This document shows, piece by piece, positions 53,567-64,000 of a stretch of 64,000 bases of DNA. The first letter of the stretch is position 1. Every line of letters starts with the position of its first letter. Both the position numbers and the translations under genes were made by a program. Under the pieces are notes generated by a model. That model was not told the origin of the DNA. It worked only from the letters and a program-made list of their open reading frames with translations, and ran no database searches. Origin of the DNA: Octopus sinensis (taxonomy: Eukaryota); the NCBI RefSeq assembly GCF_006345805.1, contig NC_042999.1, positions 29,698,001-29,762,000 of the forward strand, given 5' to 3'.

Positions 53567-55402
53567 ACAGTCATGCAGGAAATAAATATACACTTTTAAT
53601 TTTCAAAATCTTATATTTATAAAAGATCTGTTTCAGTACTGTTCTATGTATATATGTTTGTGTGTGTATCTATTTGTCCAACTACAACAGCTTAAAAAAC
53701 CGGCGTGGTGCATGTTTGCACCCGTAACTTAGCTCTTCGTCAACGGTAATAAGGTGTGTATTCGTAATTTAGAACCTAACGACAGCAGTACAGTCGTCGC
53801 TAGAGTCACTAAGGATGGTACTCAGCAACAACATTGCTGGATATCAAATATATTTAAATCGAATATATATAAATATAGATAAATAAATGGAGTGAAATGC
53901 AGGTGTTATTCAATTTCTTTTACCTCCGACATATTTCGAAGACAACATTGGTATTATTCTAAACGAATAAAATGGTGTAAAACAATGTAATCTTCTCATC
54001 AGGGAAATAAATAAAGAAACCACTCATCAATATGACATTTTAACAGAATGTGATGGGCGTGCATAATGACGAACAGAAAGCTATTTTTTTTAAGCGTTAC
54101 AAGATATAACATCATAGGTAGCCTATAGAAAAAGAATGGTTTAAAGAAAGAAATAAGCAGAAACTAAACAGGAGAAATATAGAATGATATGTGAATTAAA
54201 ATAAAAGCTTAAATGTTATGAAAAAATATATTTAGTGGAAGTTAAACGTAAGAAGAAAATCAAGGTTCAAATTATATATAATGGTAAACATTACTTATAT
54301 GAACTAAAGGTATGTTTCTGCCAAAGTTTACATACATAAGCACTCTCTATAAACATGTTTACAGGGGGATTCTTAGAATATACAATAGGAAATAGTTCAT
54401 TATTACAGAGTAGGAAGAATTATTTGCCTTTATCGTATGGGAACGAAATGGAGAGAATCAAGCAATCTAAATTAAATTGTTTATTGTGTTATTTAGATAC
54501 CAAATTAATTTACTAAGCCCTATAGTGTTGCGCTTATTACTACCCCTAAATGTAAAGTAATGATTAGAAATTCTTTTAGATAACTGAGAAAAAACCACCT
54601 ATATATAAAATACATCTCAACCTGAAGTAATTTTACACTGGAATGTAGAATTACTAGATATAATCTTAATTCTGTGGGAATTTACTCCAGAGAAATAACC
54701 TTGTTATTAATATTTCTAGGGGGATGTTTAATATTAGCTAAGTTAAACTTAGTATTAGTAATTGGATACTTATTTACCAGAATAGTATTATGTGAGGAGA
54801 TAATTCGTAAGAGATTATTCTGAGTTGGATAAACCAATCCTAACCGTGTGCGAGGAGATAATAGAGTAATACCTAGAATTCTTTAAAAAAACTCGTTATA
54901 ATAGTTTACCGAAACCTAAAAGGAACATTAGATTTAATTTGTCTCCCGGAATAATCAACCAAATAGTTTTGCAAGTAGTTGCCTTATTTTTAGTGTAACT
55001 ATCTTTCAAAGACATCGATTTCCCTTTAGAATGAAGAAAGGGTATTTAATTACTGCTATCTCCCTTATGTTGTATAAAAAAACCTTCCTCTATTTTGTGT
55101 TGGCGTATAAATTTAAATTAAAATCGTTTATATCGTAACAACTAGATTTCACATCACCTTAACTAAAGGTAAAACAAAAAGGAATAGAATTAATGCAGGT
55201 AATTTTTTCTGTATATCCTGCTTTAACTAAGGCAGAGTTATAAAATTCAGCAGTGCCGTTGAAAATGTCAACATTAGCAGATAACATAGACAATGTAAAT
55301 TAAGTAATGCCCAAGAACACGACGTATCACCTATTCCAGGAGTCGAAACCGCAATCTTTCCTTTATGAGTCTAACACCAACTAAGTCATGCACCAACGTG
55401 CA

Positions 55403-56640
55403 CCTTATTCACAGTTTCCAAACAATTTCTGCAGTTACATTCGTATATACAGACCAGCACACCCTCGAGCACAGATAAATACATATGCACACAAATGAAA
55501 AGTTATGGATGCGTGCACGTCTGTGTGTGTAGGGGGGTTGTCAATGAACAGGTTGTAGTTTAAAGCGATGAACATACTTTGACTCACATGAAATGTTAGT
55601 GTTGAACTGAAACGAACGGTATTTGTGTGTTCTTGAATGGTTCACAAACACCTTCCATGCTGCAATTGTTTTTCTTTCAGCAGACGATCTCACTTTAAGT
55701 CACTTGCAATGCAAGTACATCTCCGTCATTTTTAAATAACTGTTGATAAATGCCAGCAATGACCTTCTCATGCTGTCCAATATTTTAATTTCCCAACAGA
55801 AGCAATTGGGGGCAGGTAAGGGGTTTGCAAATCATTCATGATTTTTCAATTTGGAAAACCGACAATTTATTCTATTAATGTATACGTAATATATTATTTA
55901 TTGAATGATAATTTTTGAAATACCTGTATAATTTTTGAATGCGAAATAACTGTCAGAATAACTCAGAAATTTACATGATTACAATTAGAAGACAGAGGGG
56001 AAAAGATTAGCGACATATTATCGAAACTTGTACCTTATTCACAGTTTCCAAACAGTCTATACCACTAAGTGACACAATGGCGCGCACACATAGATACACA
56101 TAAATGCAAGTGAAATGTGGTGGGGTTTTGCTGTTTACTAACAAAATTTCGTGCTGCACTACTTTTGCGAAGATTTGTCAGTGAGTAGGTCACGGTGTCA
56201 AAGCGAAAAAATATTTTGACGCATGAAATAATAATATTGAAATGAAACTAGTTCTATTTAAATGCAACGGTCTCTTAATGGTACTACTTAAATACATGTA
56301 TTACGTACAAAACATTTTAAATGTACGCTGTAATGAACCCTAACCCAAAATCCAAATAATCCTACAACTAACCCTCCCATTCCTTTTGTTACGTAGACAC
56401 AGTGAGCCCTCTGTAATTAAGTAGTGCCTTGAAACTAACGGTTTCTGTGTGTTCTTGAATGACTCACACACATCTACACGGCAATTGCATTTGTTTCAGC
56501 ACACGATCTCAGATCGCTAGTACATATCCAAATTTTGTAAAGTCATTGTGTATAAATGCTAGCAATGACATTTTCAGGTTCTCCAACATTTTAATTTCGA
56601 AACTAAAGCAACTGGGGGCAGAGTGGCGTGTTGCGAAAAA
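55403..56640. repeat. Old diverged tandem duplication
   Basis: ACCTTATTCACAGTTTCCAAACA at 55403 and 56032; 55606-55815 resembles 56430-56625 (~70% by eye). Confidence 0.7.
56280..56428. mobile_element. ~150-bp MITE-like insertion
   Basis: 16-bp TIRs GGTACTACTTAAATAC / GTAATTAAGTAGTGCC (2 mismatches); absent from the paralogous unit; internal AACCCTAACCC. Confidence 0.55.
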
Positions 56641-57197
56641 TACTTAATCTCTGAAATGTTTATTTTTTATAGTATATGAGGGAAAATATTGAAAGATGTC
56701 AATACATGCGTGAGTGATAAAGATACGTTAAAAACAGGAGCCAAACCGCCCATACATTATTCACTTTCCCTCTCAAAATATTAACAGCATTTTAAAAAAA
56801 TTATATCGAAAATGTTCTTTCCATAGATTTGAAGTACAAAAAATATTCGCCAAAATTGGTTCGGAGAGGGATGATGAGGGAGGAGTGTTTAAGAAAGGTG
56901 TCTACAAAACTGTTTGCATCCACAGATGCATCAACATCCCATGATTTCGAAGGCTGTGTTTTTTAAGAACATTAATAAAACCCTGAAAAACTTTTCCCTA
57001 CAAATTTCTTTATAATCGTAATCTATACCGTTCGAAATTGGTTTGTAAAAATTTTCATTAAGATATGCCCAACTTATGAGGGAAAAAGTTCAGGTCGTGA
57101 GAATTTTGAAAAACTCCTCCCTTCACTTCCATTGGTCAAAGTCTTTCACGTAAATCCCTATATAATCTGAAGCCACAACAATGAAAGCAATACTTAC

Positions 57198-57272
57198 TAA
57201 GCAAGTGAGCATTATTATACAGAGAAATAATTAGACGTGAAATTAATATAATACACAGCATGCAGTAGAAAC
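57198..57272 (-). CDS. Candidate phase 1-1 exon (75 nt)
   Basis: GTTTTCTTTTACAG| acceptor and |GTAAGT donor; open frame FYCMLCIILISRLIISLYNNAHLL. Confidence 0.25.
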
Positions 57273-57504
57273 CTGTAAAAGAAAACTTCAGGATGGAATT
57301 TTGAAAGAAGTTGCATTGGAATTGGGAATCAAATGTAAAAATATCATCAAGAGGCTAGCAGAAAAGCGCCCAGGGGGCGGTCCTTCCGCATATAATTTAT
57401 AAATCCGCTATTATTTTATAGTAAATTCAATACTTCTCTCGGGGGATTTTCAAGTCCGTATCTTCTACATACAAACAGGCACACAAACACACGCACCTAC
57501 ACGC

Positions 57505-57538
<34 letters not shown>

Positions 57539-59594
57539 GTACACACATACACCCACAAGTATATATACATGTATGTGTATATACGTATGTATGTGTATAT
57601 GCATATATATACAAATAGATGTATGTGTGTATGTGTAAATGTATGTATATATGTATGCATATATATATATATATGTACATATACATATATGTATGCAAGC
57701 ATGAGTGTGTAAGTATGCATGTATGCAAGTGTGCATGCATAGCCGTGTAACTGAGTGCATGTATATGTGTATATATCATTCCATATTTTCCCCTCCAACT
57801 AGAATGTATTTGAAAAGCATTTCATATACTTTGTACATTTGGCACGAGTTTGGGACTCTGCGGTTTCGAAATGAATACGTGAGCAGTAATGTCTTTTGGA
57901 CATCAAAATTAATTTTACGCATTCTTGACCATATATTATTTCCTTAATTCATCATCCAAACGTGACACTCCTCATAAAGCCTATCATTTCTTCACTTGTA
58001 AAACTAATTTTTGTTTATGAAATGAACTGCGATTTTTATAAAATATTTCAGTCATGTCATTTTCTGGAGATCAAGGTTAATTAAGAATTTCTCTGTATAT
58101 TCTATAAATAAAGATATATGCAGGTAAAAGGCAGAAGGCAAAACATTGTCTTATTAATAGAATACACAGTATGAGTATACACATGTAAAAGAAAATTTCA
58201 GGATGGAATTTTGAAAGAAGTTGCATTTTAAATTTCGGAAAATCTAAGAATAACTAAAATTCAAAAAATAAAAAAGAAGAAATTATGCATGCTAAATATA
58301 CCCATTAGATGTTAAAGTAAAATTGTGAAGAAGCGTAAATGAATTTTGCATGCAAAACACAGTCATATTCTGAATTGAGTTATGTGACCCAAATATATCT
58401 AATATTACACATTTTAATAAATATATTTGTTATTACAAATGATTACTAATTAGATTCATCCCTTAGAGAATTTCTTAAGTTGTACTAGTGTATAGATGTG
58501 AAAAGATTCTATGAGAGATAAAATAATCTTTTTAAAATATATGTCAATGAGAACAGCATAAACAATAAGAGCACCAACGTGTCATGTCAGGCTTAGAAAA
58601 TAGCAAGAACATATTTTGCCTAACGTTATCTAACGTGGGTGAATATGAGACAATTTGGACAATAATGACATTCATGATAGCTTTAAAATCCTGGACACGA
58701 AGGAGAATACGAAGAAACACTTTTCTTTGTTCTGCAAGATAAGATATTTACTGCCAGAAACATTTATATAATATATCAAAGCAGAATAATGTATATAAGT
58801 GCAGAATAATATATGGAGCTACTGATGTACAGAACAATCATATTTTTCTAGCTACTTAATTTGAACGAGAAGAAATTTATCTAATTATGATCCAATGGAA
58901 GGCTTTATACAACAGAAATAATGCCAAAATTGTGTTTTTCCCATTGAAACCGGCAGGTTTATATATCAGATTATCACTCAAGAAATGGCAATTAGGGACA
59001 ATTATTTGAGTAACCCACAATAAGCATCATCCACAATGAGGAAACTCTAACAGGAACGATATATAAAATATATTAACTGCCAAGGTTATAATAAATATAC
59101 CTATGCAAATAAATAATTTCAAAAGACATTAGTACATAAACTTCTCAAGCAAATAATAGCCAAATATAACAGAGCTTTTCATGGAATTATTGCCATAGAA
59201 AGTGCATGCCAATATAACAAATATTCGGCTTCGTTCCGGGACTCACATTCATGAAAGTCAAGAAAATTTCTATCAGATTTAGGTTCTGATTTCTATGCTT
59301 ATGTAACCTTCGTCTTAATATAGAAGTATATCATTTGAAATTAAAATGCTTCGTTTCTCACGACTGGTAAAGGATATATAAAATGACACAAATGACATAC
59401 AGAATAACTCTGCTTTCCAGGGAATTAGTCAAACACGTAATTTACGGGAAAAGCATGACATATGATTATTAGATAATCAGATCGAGTCTTTGTGGGAACA
59501 ACGCAAAAGAATAACTAATATACGTTCTCTATGAGATATGTCTTATAGACTGGCAATGTGAGTTTAGTTATAAATCCTCGGTGACGAAGTATAG

Positions 59595-59642
59595 GGTCAC
59601 TGATGAAGATTAATCAAATCTGTAATCGTTGATGATATGACT
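59595..59642 (+). ncRNA. Decayed type I hammerhead motif
   Basis: GGUCA-CUGAUGA-AGAUU(AAUCA)AAUCU-GUAA (A13U)-UCGUUGAUGA-UA-UGACU; all three stems pair but GAAA is mutated. Confidence 0.55.
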
Positions 59643-60339
59643 GCATCTCGCTTGCTGTAGGGTGCCTGTCTACCCTACCATTCATATGAAACGTACTCTC
59701 ACGTAACTAAGACTTGTTGTGATACTTATTTCTAGCAAAGCTGGTGTTGACTACCACCCTCAGTGACTTTACTGACGACTATACTTCTGCCTATATACAG
59801 ACACTTTTACACTTTCTTTTAGCCCCATTCACACTGACATTGTTGTTATCCCTTTTCTATTTATCGTTCCCGCTTTCTCAAATTTCTTGGCTTTCCCTTC
59901 GTTCTTACATTCTCTCCTGTTTTACCTCACTCTATCGCTTTTCTTTCTTTTTCTCTCTTCCTCATCCCTCCCTAATACTTCAATCCCTCTGCCTCTTAAC
60001 TCTCTCCTCTAATTCCACGTGACCGGTCTTCCGCCAAGCCTGACATTTCTGTCTTGGTTCGACTATCATCCATGTAGCATCTCTTATATTCCTTCCCATG
60101 ACTTTCATCTCTTAAGGTTTCACTTTCACACACGCCAGCTTAATTCAATTCCGTAATATAAATCATTAGTCGAATGACACCTGTTGTTAATGTCCTGTTG
60201 TTTTTATTTGCAATTGTGTACCATTTCTCCGATTTTACGTCCTTCTTTTCATATACTTTCGCTCGCATTCTTCCAAGGAGTCTAATACTCTTAGCATAGA
60301 ATTTTTTGGGGCCGGACAGATAGTAGTATTCTCGTGTGT

Positions 60340-60511
60340 TAATGGCTGAAACTACAACGGCGATCTGGTGTTCAACTAAAGATAGGAAGCTCCGAATGGC
60401 CCACTTTGATTTTTCCTGTAGTTTTTTGTATCGTCTAAATCTCCTAAAGTTTTCTTATCAAGCGGTGATGGGGTAACACACGCAGACAAAAAGAGAACAA
60501 ATATATATGTT

Positions 60512-60568
<57 letters not shown>

Positions 60569-60595
60569 ACACACGTACACACACACACACACACA

Positions 60596-60647
<52 letters not shown>

Positions 60648-60815
60648 GTTGGGCTTCTTTCAGTGTCCTTCTACCAAATCCAATCACAAGGCTTTAGTTG
60701 TCCCGAGGTTATACTAGAATTCACTTGGTGAATATGGGACAAAACGCAGCGGGATATAACGTAGAACTGAGTGCTTGGGGAGCAAGCTTCTCACCACACA
60801 GCCACACCTGCTCCT
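60340..60815 (-). mobile_element. SINE family A, diverged, with expanded internal (CA)/(TA)
   Basis: Reverse-complement head at 60780-60815 (GGAGCAGGTGTGGCTGTGTGGTG), body and degenerate tail. Confidence 0.65.
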
Positions 60816-60860
60816 TTATATCTATCTGTCTACCTACCTACCTACCTATCTATCTATCTA

Positions 60861-60909
<49 letters not shown>

Positions 60910-61214
60910 GTTGTGTTTAGGTGTACAGTAAATATAGATAGCCAAAATCTAAGGTCTATATAGGAAGCATTTCTGATTTGAAGAGGAGATATAGAGCCCA
61001 TTTAAGTACCTTTATTAAAGTTAAGTATAAAATCTCAACAAATCTCACCTCATATATACACACCGTCTAAGAGATAGCAACACTGGTTATTCTTCCCCCT
61101 GTTCCATAATTCCGGAGACCCACCTCTTACCGTGCTACTTCGAATAAATTCAGGTTATGTATAAGAGAATCGTACATCATCATTAGATGATATAGTTTGA
61201 ATACATATAATAAA

Positions 61215-61873
61215 ATTCCCTGATGCCATTCCATTACGAAGTCATAAATTACAGGGTGAAAGGGTGTATTGTCGTTGTGAATAATACAATTCTTCGAGCT
61301 CCAAAGTTTCAGTCACTTGCGCCAAATATACCCCCTGAGAGGCTTCAAGATGCCGCAGTAGAACGCGCGATTGGCGGTCTGGCTCTGGGGAACGAATTTG
61401 AGGGGCAAAATAACGCTGATGTTGAGACAAAACAAAAAAAAATGAGTATGGTCTTGATTCATGCATTCTTCGCTTGTAAAGATGAAGGGCTCTTCTGTTG
61501 TGACGACTGCTGCTTCGTTTCAAAGTCTTACCCGTAGACCCAACTCTCTTCACTGGCGATGATCCTTGATATTAATGAGAGGTCTTAAGCGGCATTCTGA
61601 CGGAGATCTTGATAGACTTCGACGCGATGCTCTTTTGCTCGGTGGTCAGCAGATACTGGACACATTTGGCAGAAATAATCTGCATTTTGCATTCTGATGT
61701 TACAATTGCCTCCACAGACCCAAATGGCATATCAACCTCAGTAAATTCATTGATTGACCTCAGACCATCCACTTGCACAGGCTCCTGAGTTTCGCCATAT
61801 TTCTAGCGTTGACGCTCGAAATAGGTCCTCCAGATTGCTCATCGTCTTCCTGTCCATGACTAAATAGCAGACT

Positions 61874-61921
<48 letters not shown>

Positions 61922-62080
61922 TAATAACAAAAAAAAAATTCACAACTTACGAAGTAAACACAACAATGTCACGCGGCCCACTGCATCATGTATGTCACTG
62001 CTAGCTCTCACTGACAAAGCAAACGTGTCCTTCCAACTGCTCGATATTGTAGGCCCTGAACGTTTTGATACAACCCCTTG
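61215..62080 (-). mobile_element. Decayed mariner relic interrupted by (TA)n
   Basis: TIR-like TA|CAAGGGGTTGTATCAAAA at 62080; ISAKCVQYLLTTEQK (VSAKWVP-like); KFVPQSQTANRAFYCGIL..IIHNDNTPFH. Confidence 0.8.
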
Positions 62081-63300
62081 TATGTATGTATGCATGTATG
62101 TGTGTATGTATAAATTTGAGCGGGTGTGTTTGCGTATGTATGCGTGTGCATATATATGTATTGTGTGAGTACGTTTATGCGTGCGTATGTGCATGAGCAG
62201 AAGTGATTTGAAGTAGAATATTATCTATATTCTAAATGGTATGCTTTATAAATTAGCCATTTTTTAAAAGCTAGAAACCCTTATATGAGAAACAGTCAAT
62301 GGCTGGCTTAGATTGATTAGAAGGCATATGACAAAGTGAATCACTGAACTGTTCCGACATGTAATGAGAGAGCTGGATTGGTTAGAGAATGACATTTAAT
62401 CAGGAAGATTTTTGGAAGGGATTTTGAGTACGTGAGTGTGTGAAATTGACATCAATATCAGAAAAGATAACTGTCACGGTAACTTCTTGTCACGGTTCCT
62501 GCTTTGTGTTATCATGTTGCTACTAAAAATCGTTTAAATAGGATGAGAGCTTTCAACAGACAACAGAAGAATAGGAAACCAATTAATCAATTGCATTTCC
62601 TGAACGACCAAAAGCTTCACAGGGCTATTATAGACAAACGTGACGCACAAGTCGCACGCATACCCTCGTTCCAAAACTCCAATTTTCAAAATCTCATCAT
62701 CGTTAGCAGAAAATGTTTTACAAGTTAAATATTTAATTCCATTGTCAATACACGTGAGAAATGAATTGAATCGGTATAAGCTTCCAGGCGCCCAAAATTT
62801 ATTTGGTATTCTAATTAACAAATTTTCAATAAATTTTCAATAAATAATTATTAGTCTCAATCCCAAAGTTCTTCGAATTTTTAATTTACAGACACTCACA
62901 CACACACACACACATACACATACACAAACGCACATGCACACTCATGCACGCATACACACACACATATATATCGTATATAACAGAACTTATAATTTTCCAC
63001 GTACTATAACAAGTTATATTCCAATTGTTTGTAATAATTTATACACACATATCATTGAAAATATTTCTGACCTTCGAGATTTCAACTATTGGAAACACAC
63101 ATATAATGTAGGTATTGTGTGAAAAATGCCGATGCCTTTGTTGTTTTGCAATTGTATGTGCCTTGGTGGACCATCAAAGCCGTTGTCTTATGATTGAAAA
63201 ATAAAGTGAACAAGAAATAATGTGTGCATGCATGCATGTACTCACACACTCACACACATATTATAACACACATAATCACGCATACACACACACACGCGTA

Positions 63301-63343
<43 letters not shown>

Positions 63344-63779
63344 CAAAACTACATATAATTGGAAATGTTTTGCTAATTTTTATTCACTGTTACACGTGTT
63401 TCATTTACAAATAAAAATTACAAAGTTTTACATATTAGATTTTCATATAACGAATTGTCCTATTTGAAATTTTTCAGGCTGTATTTCTCCGCTTAAAAGG
63501 GATATCAGAAGGGAAATTGGGGGTGGGTGGTGTTTAGAATTTTTTCCACTGACATTTTGAAAATACATTGGCTTAGATTCCGGAGACTCTAAGACACTAT
63601 CTTTTTAGCATTATATTTACGTTCTGAGTGGAAATAACTATTTCTCGCCCATTTTGCTTCTTAATTCAACCTTCAACTTTTTATATTTACTTCTTTGTAG
63701 CCTTTTCTTGCTTTTGTCTCATATTATCATCACATTTTTAGTTGTTTATGACATAAAAAACTATATTGTGTTATATATA

Positions 63780-64000
63780 TTGGTTCATCCCGTAACGAAT
63801 CCGTTTTTATTTCAGTTGCATGAACTAGAAGTTTGTATTTCTGCTTAGTGCAAGTTTTGAAGAGTGAAGTTCGATTCCAACAGTTATTTTTGGAAAACTA
63901 TAATAGCAGTAAGAAAGAAGCATATATTCGGTTTATTTTGCTTTATGAATTCAATAAAGGCGACGACGCAACGGAATGTGCCAGATGTATTAGTGCGGTA
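63780..64000 (+). mobile_element. 5' end of a mariner element running off the window
   Basis: TA|TTGGTTCATCCC terminus-like sequence; YIRFILLYEFNKGDDATECARCISAV matches the mariner N-terminal HTH. Confidence 0.7.

Noticed and set aside
53805-53850. CTAAGGA followed by a 13-bp hairpin
   Set aside because: Core mutated, GAAA missing and no stem I partner; too degenerate to call.
55681-55815. Plus-strand exon-like segment (TTTCAG|..CAG|GTAAG)
   Set aside because: Stops in all three frames; the donor is not kept in the paralogous unit.

Overview
AT-rich eukaryotic (metazoan) genomic DNA, dense in (TA)n/(CA)n microsatellites and transposable-element debris. The SINE families and microsatellite load resemble an octopod cephalopod genome (inference, not verified). 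No host gene could be named. Most ORFs in the track are microsatellite shadows or TE fragments. Recognisable elements: a full-length decayed mariner with both TIRs (2134-3427), three more mariner relics, two Tc1-like relics, a Merlin/IS1595-like relic, a young near-intact CR1-clade LINE (23760-26087), R4/Dong-like RLE retrotransposon relics, Helitron relics, several tRNA-derived SINEs, and Penelope-like elements (PLEs), one with RT, GIY-YIG and a pseudo-LTR (43740-46290). The main hidden signal is four hand-folded type-I hammerhead ribozyme motifs. One has an intact catalytic core inside a 450-bp direct-repeat-bounded, retrozyme-like unit (8456-8516). Two sit in apparently unrelated elements and share the same non-canonical CCGANGA (U4C) core (19221-19264, 43755-43799). 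One is decayed (59595-59642). A phase-compatible chain of candidate minus-strand exons (57198-57272 or 39857-39903, then 38794-38931 and 38397-38477) may be an unrecognised gene. All alignments and folds were done by eye.
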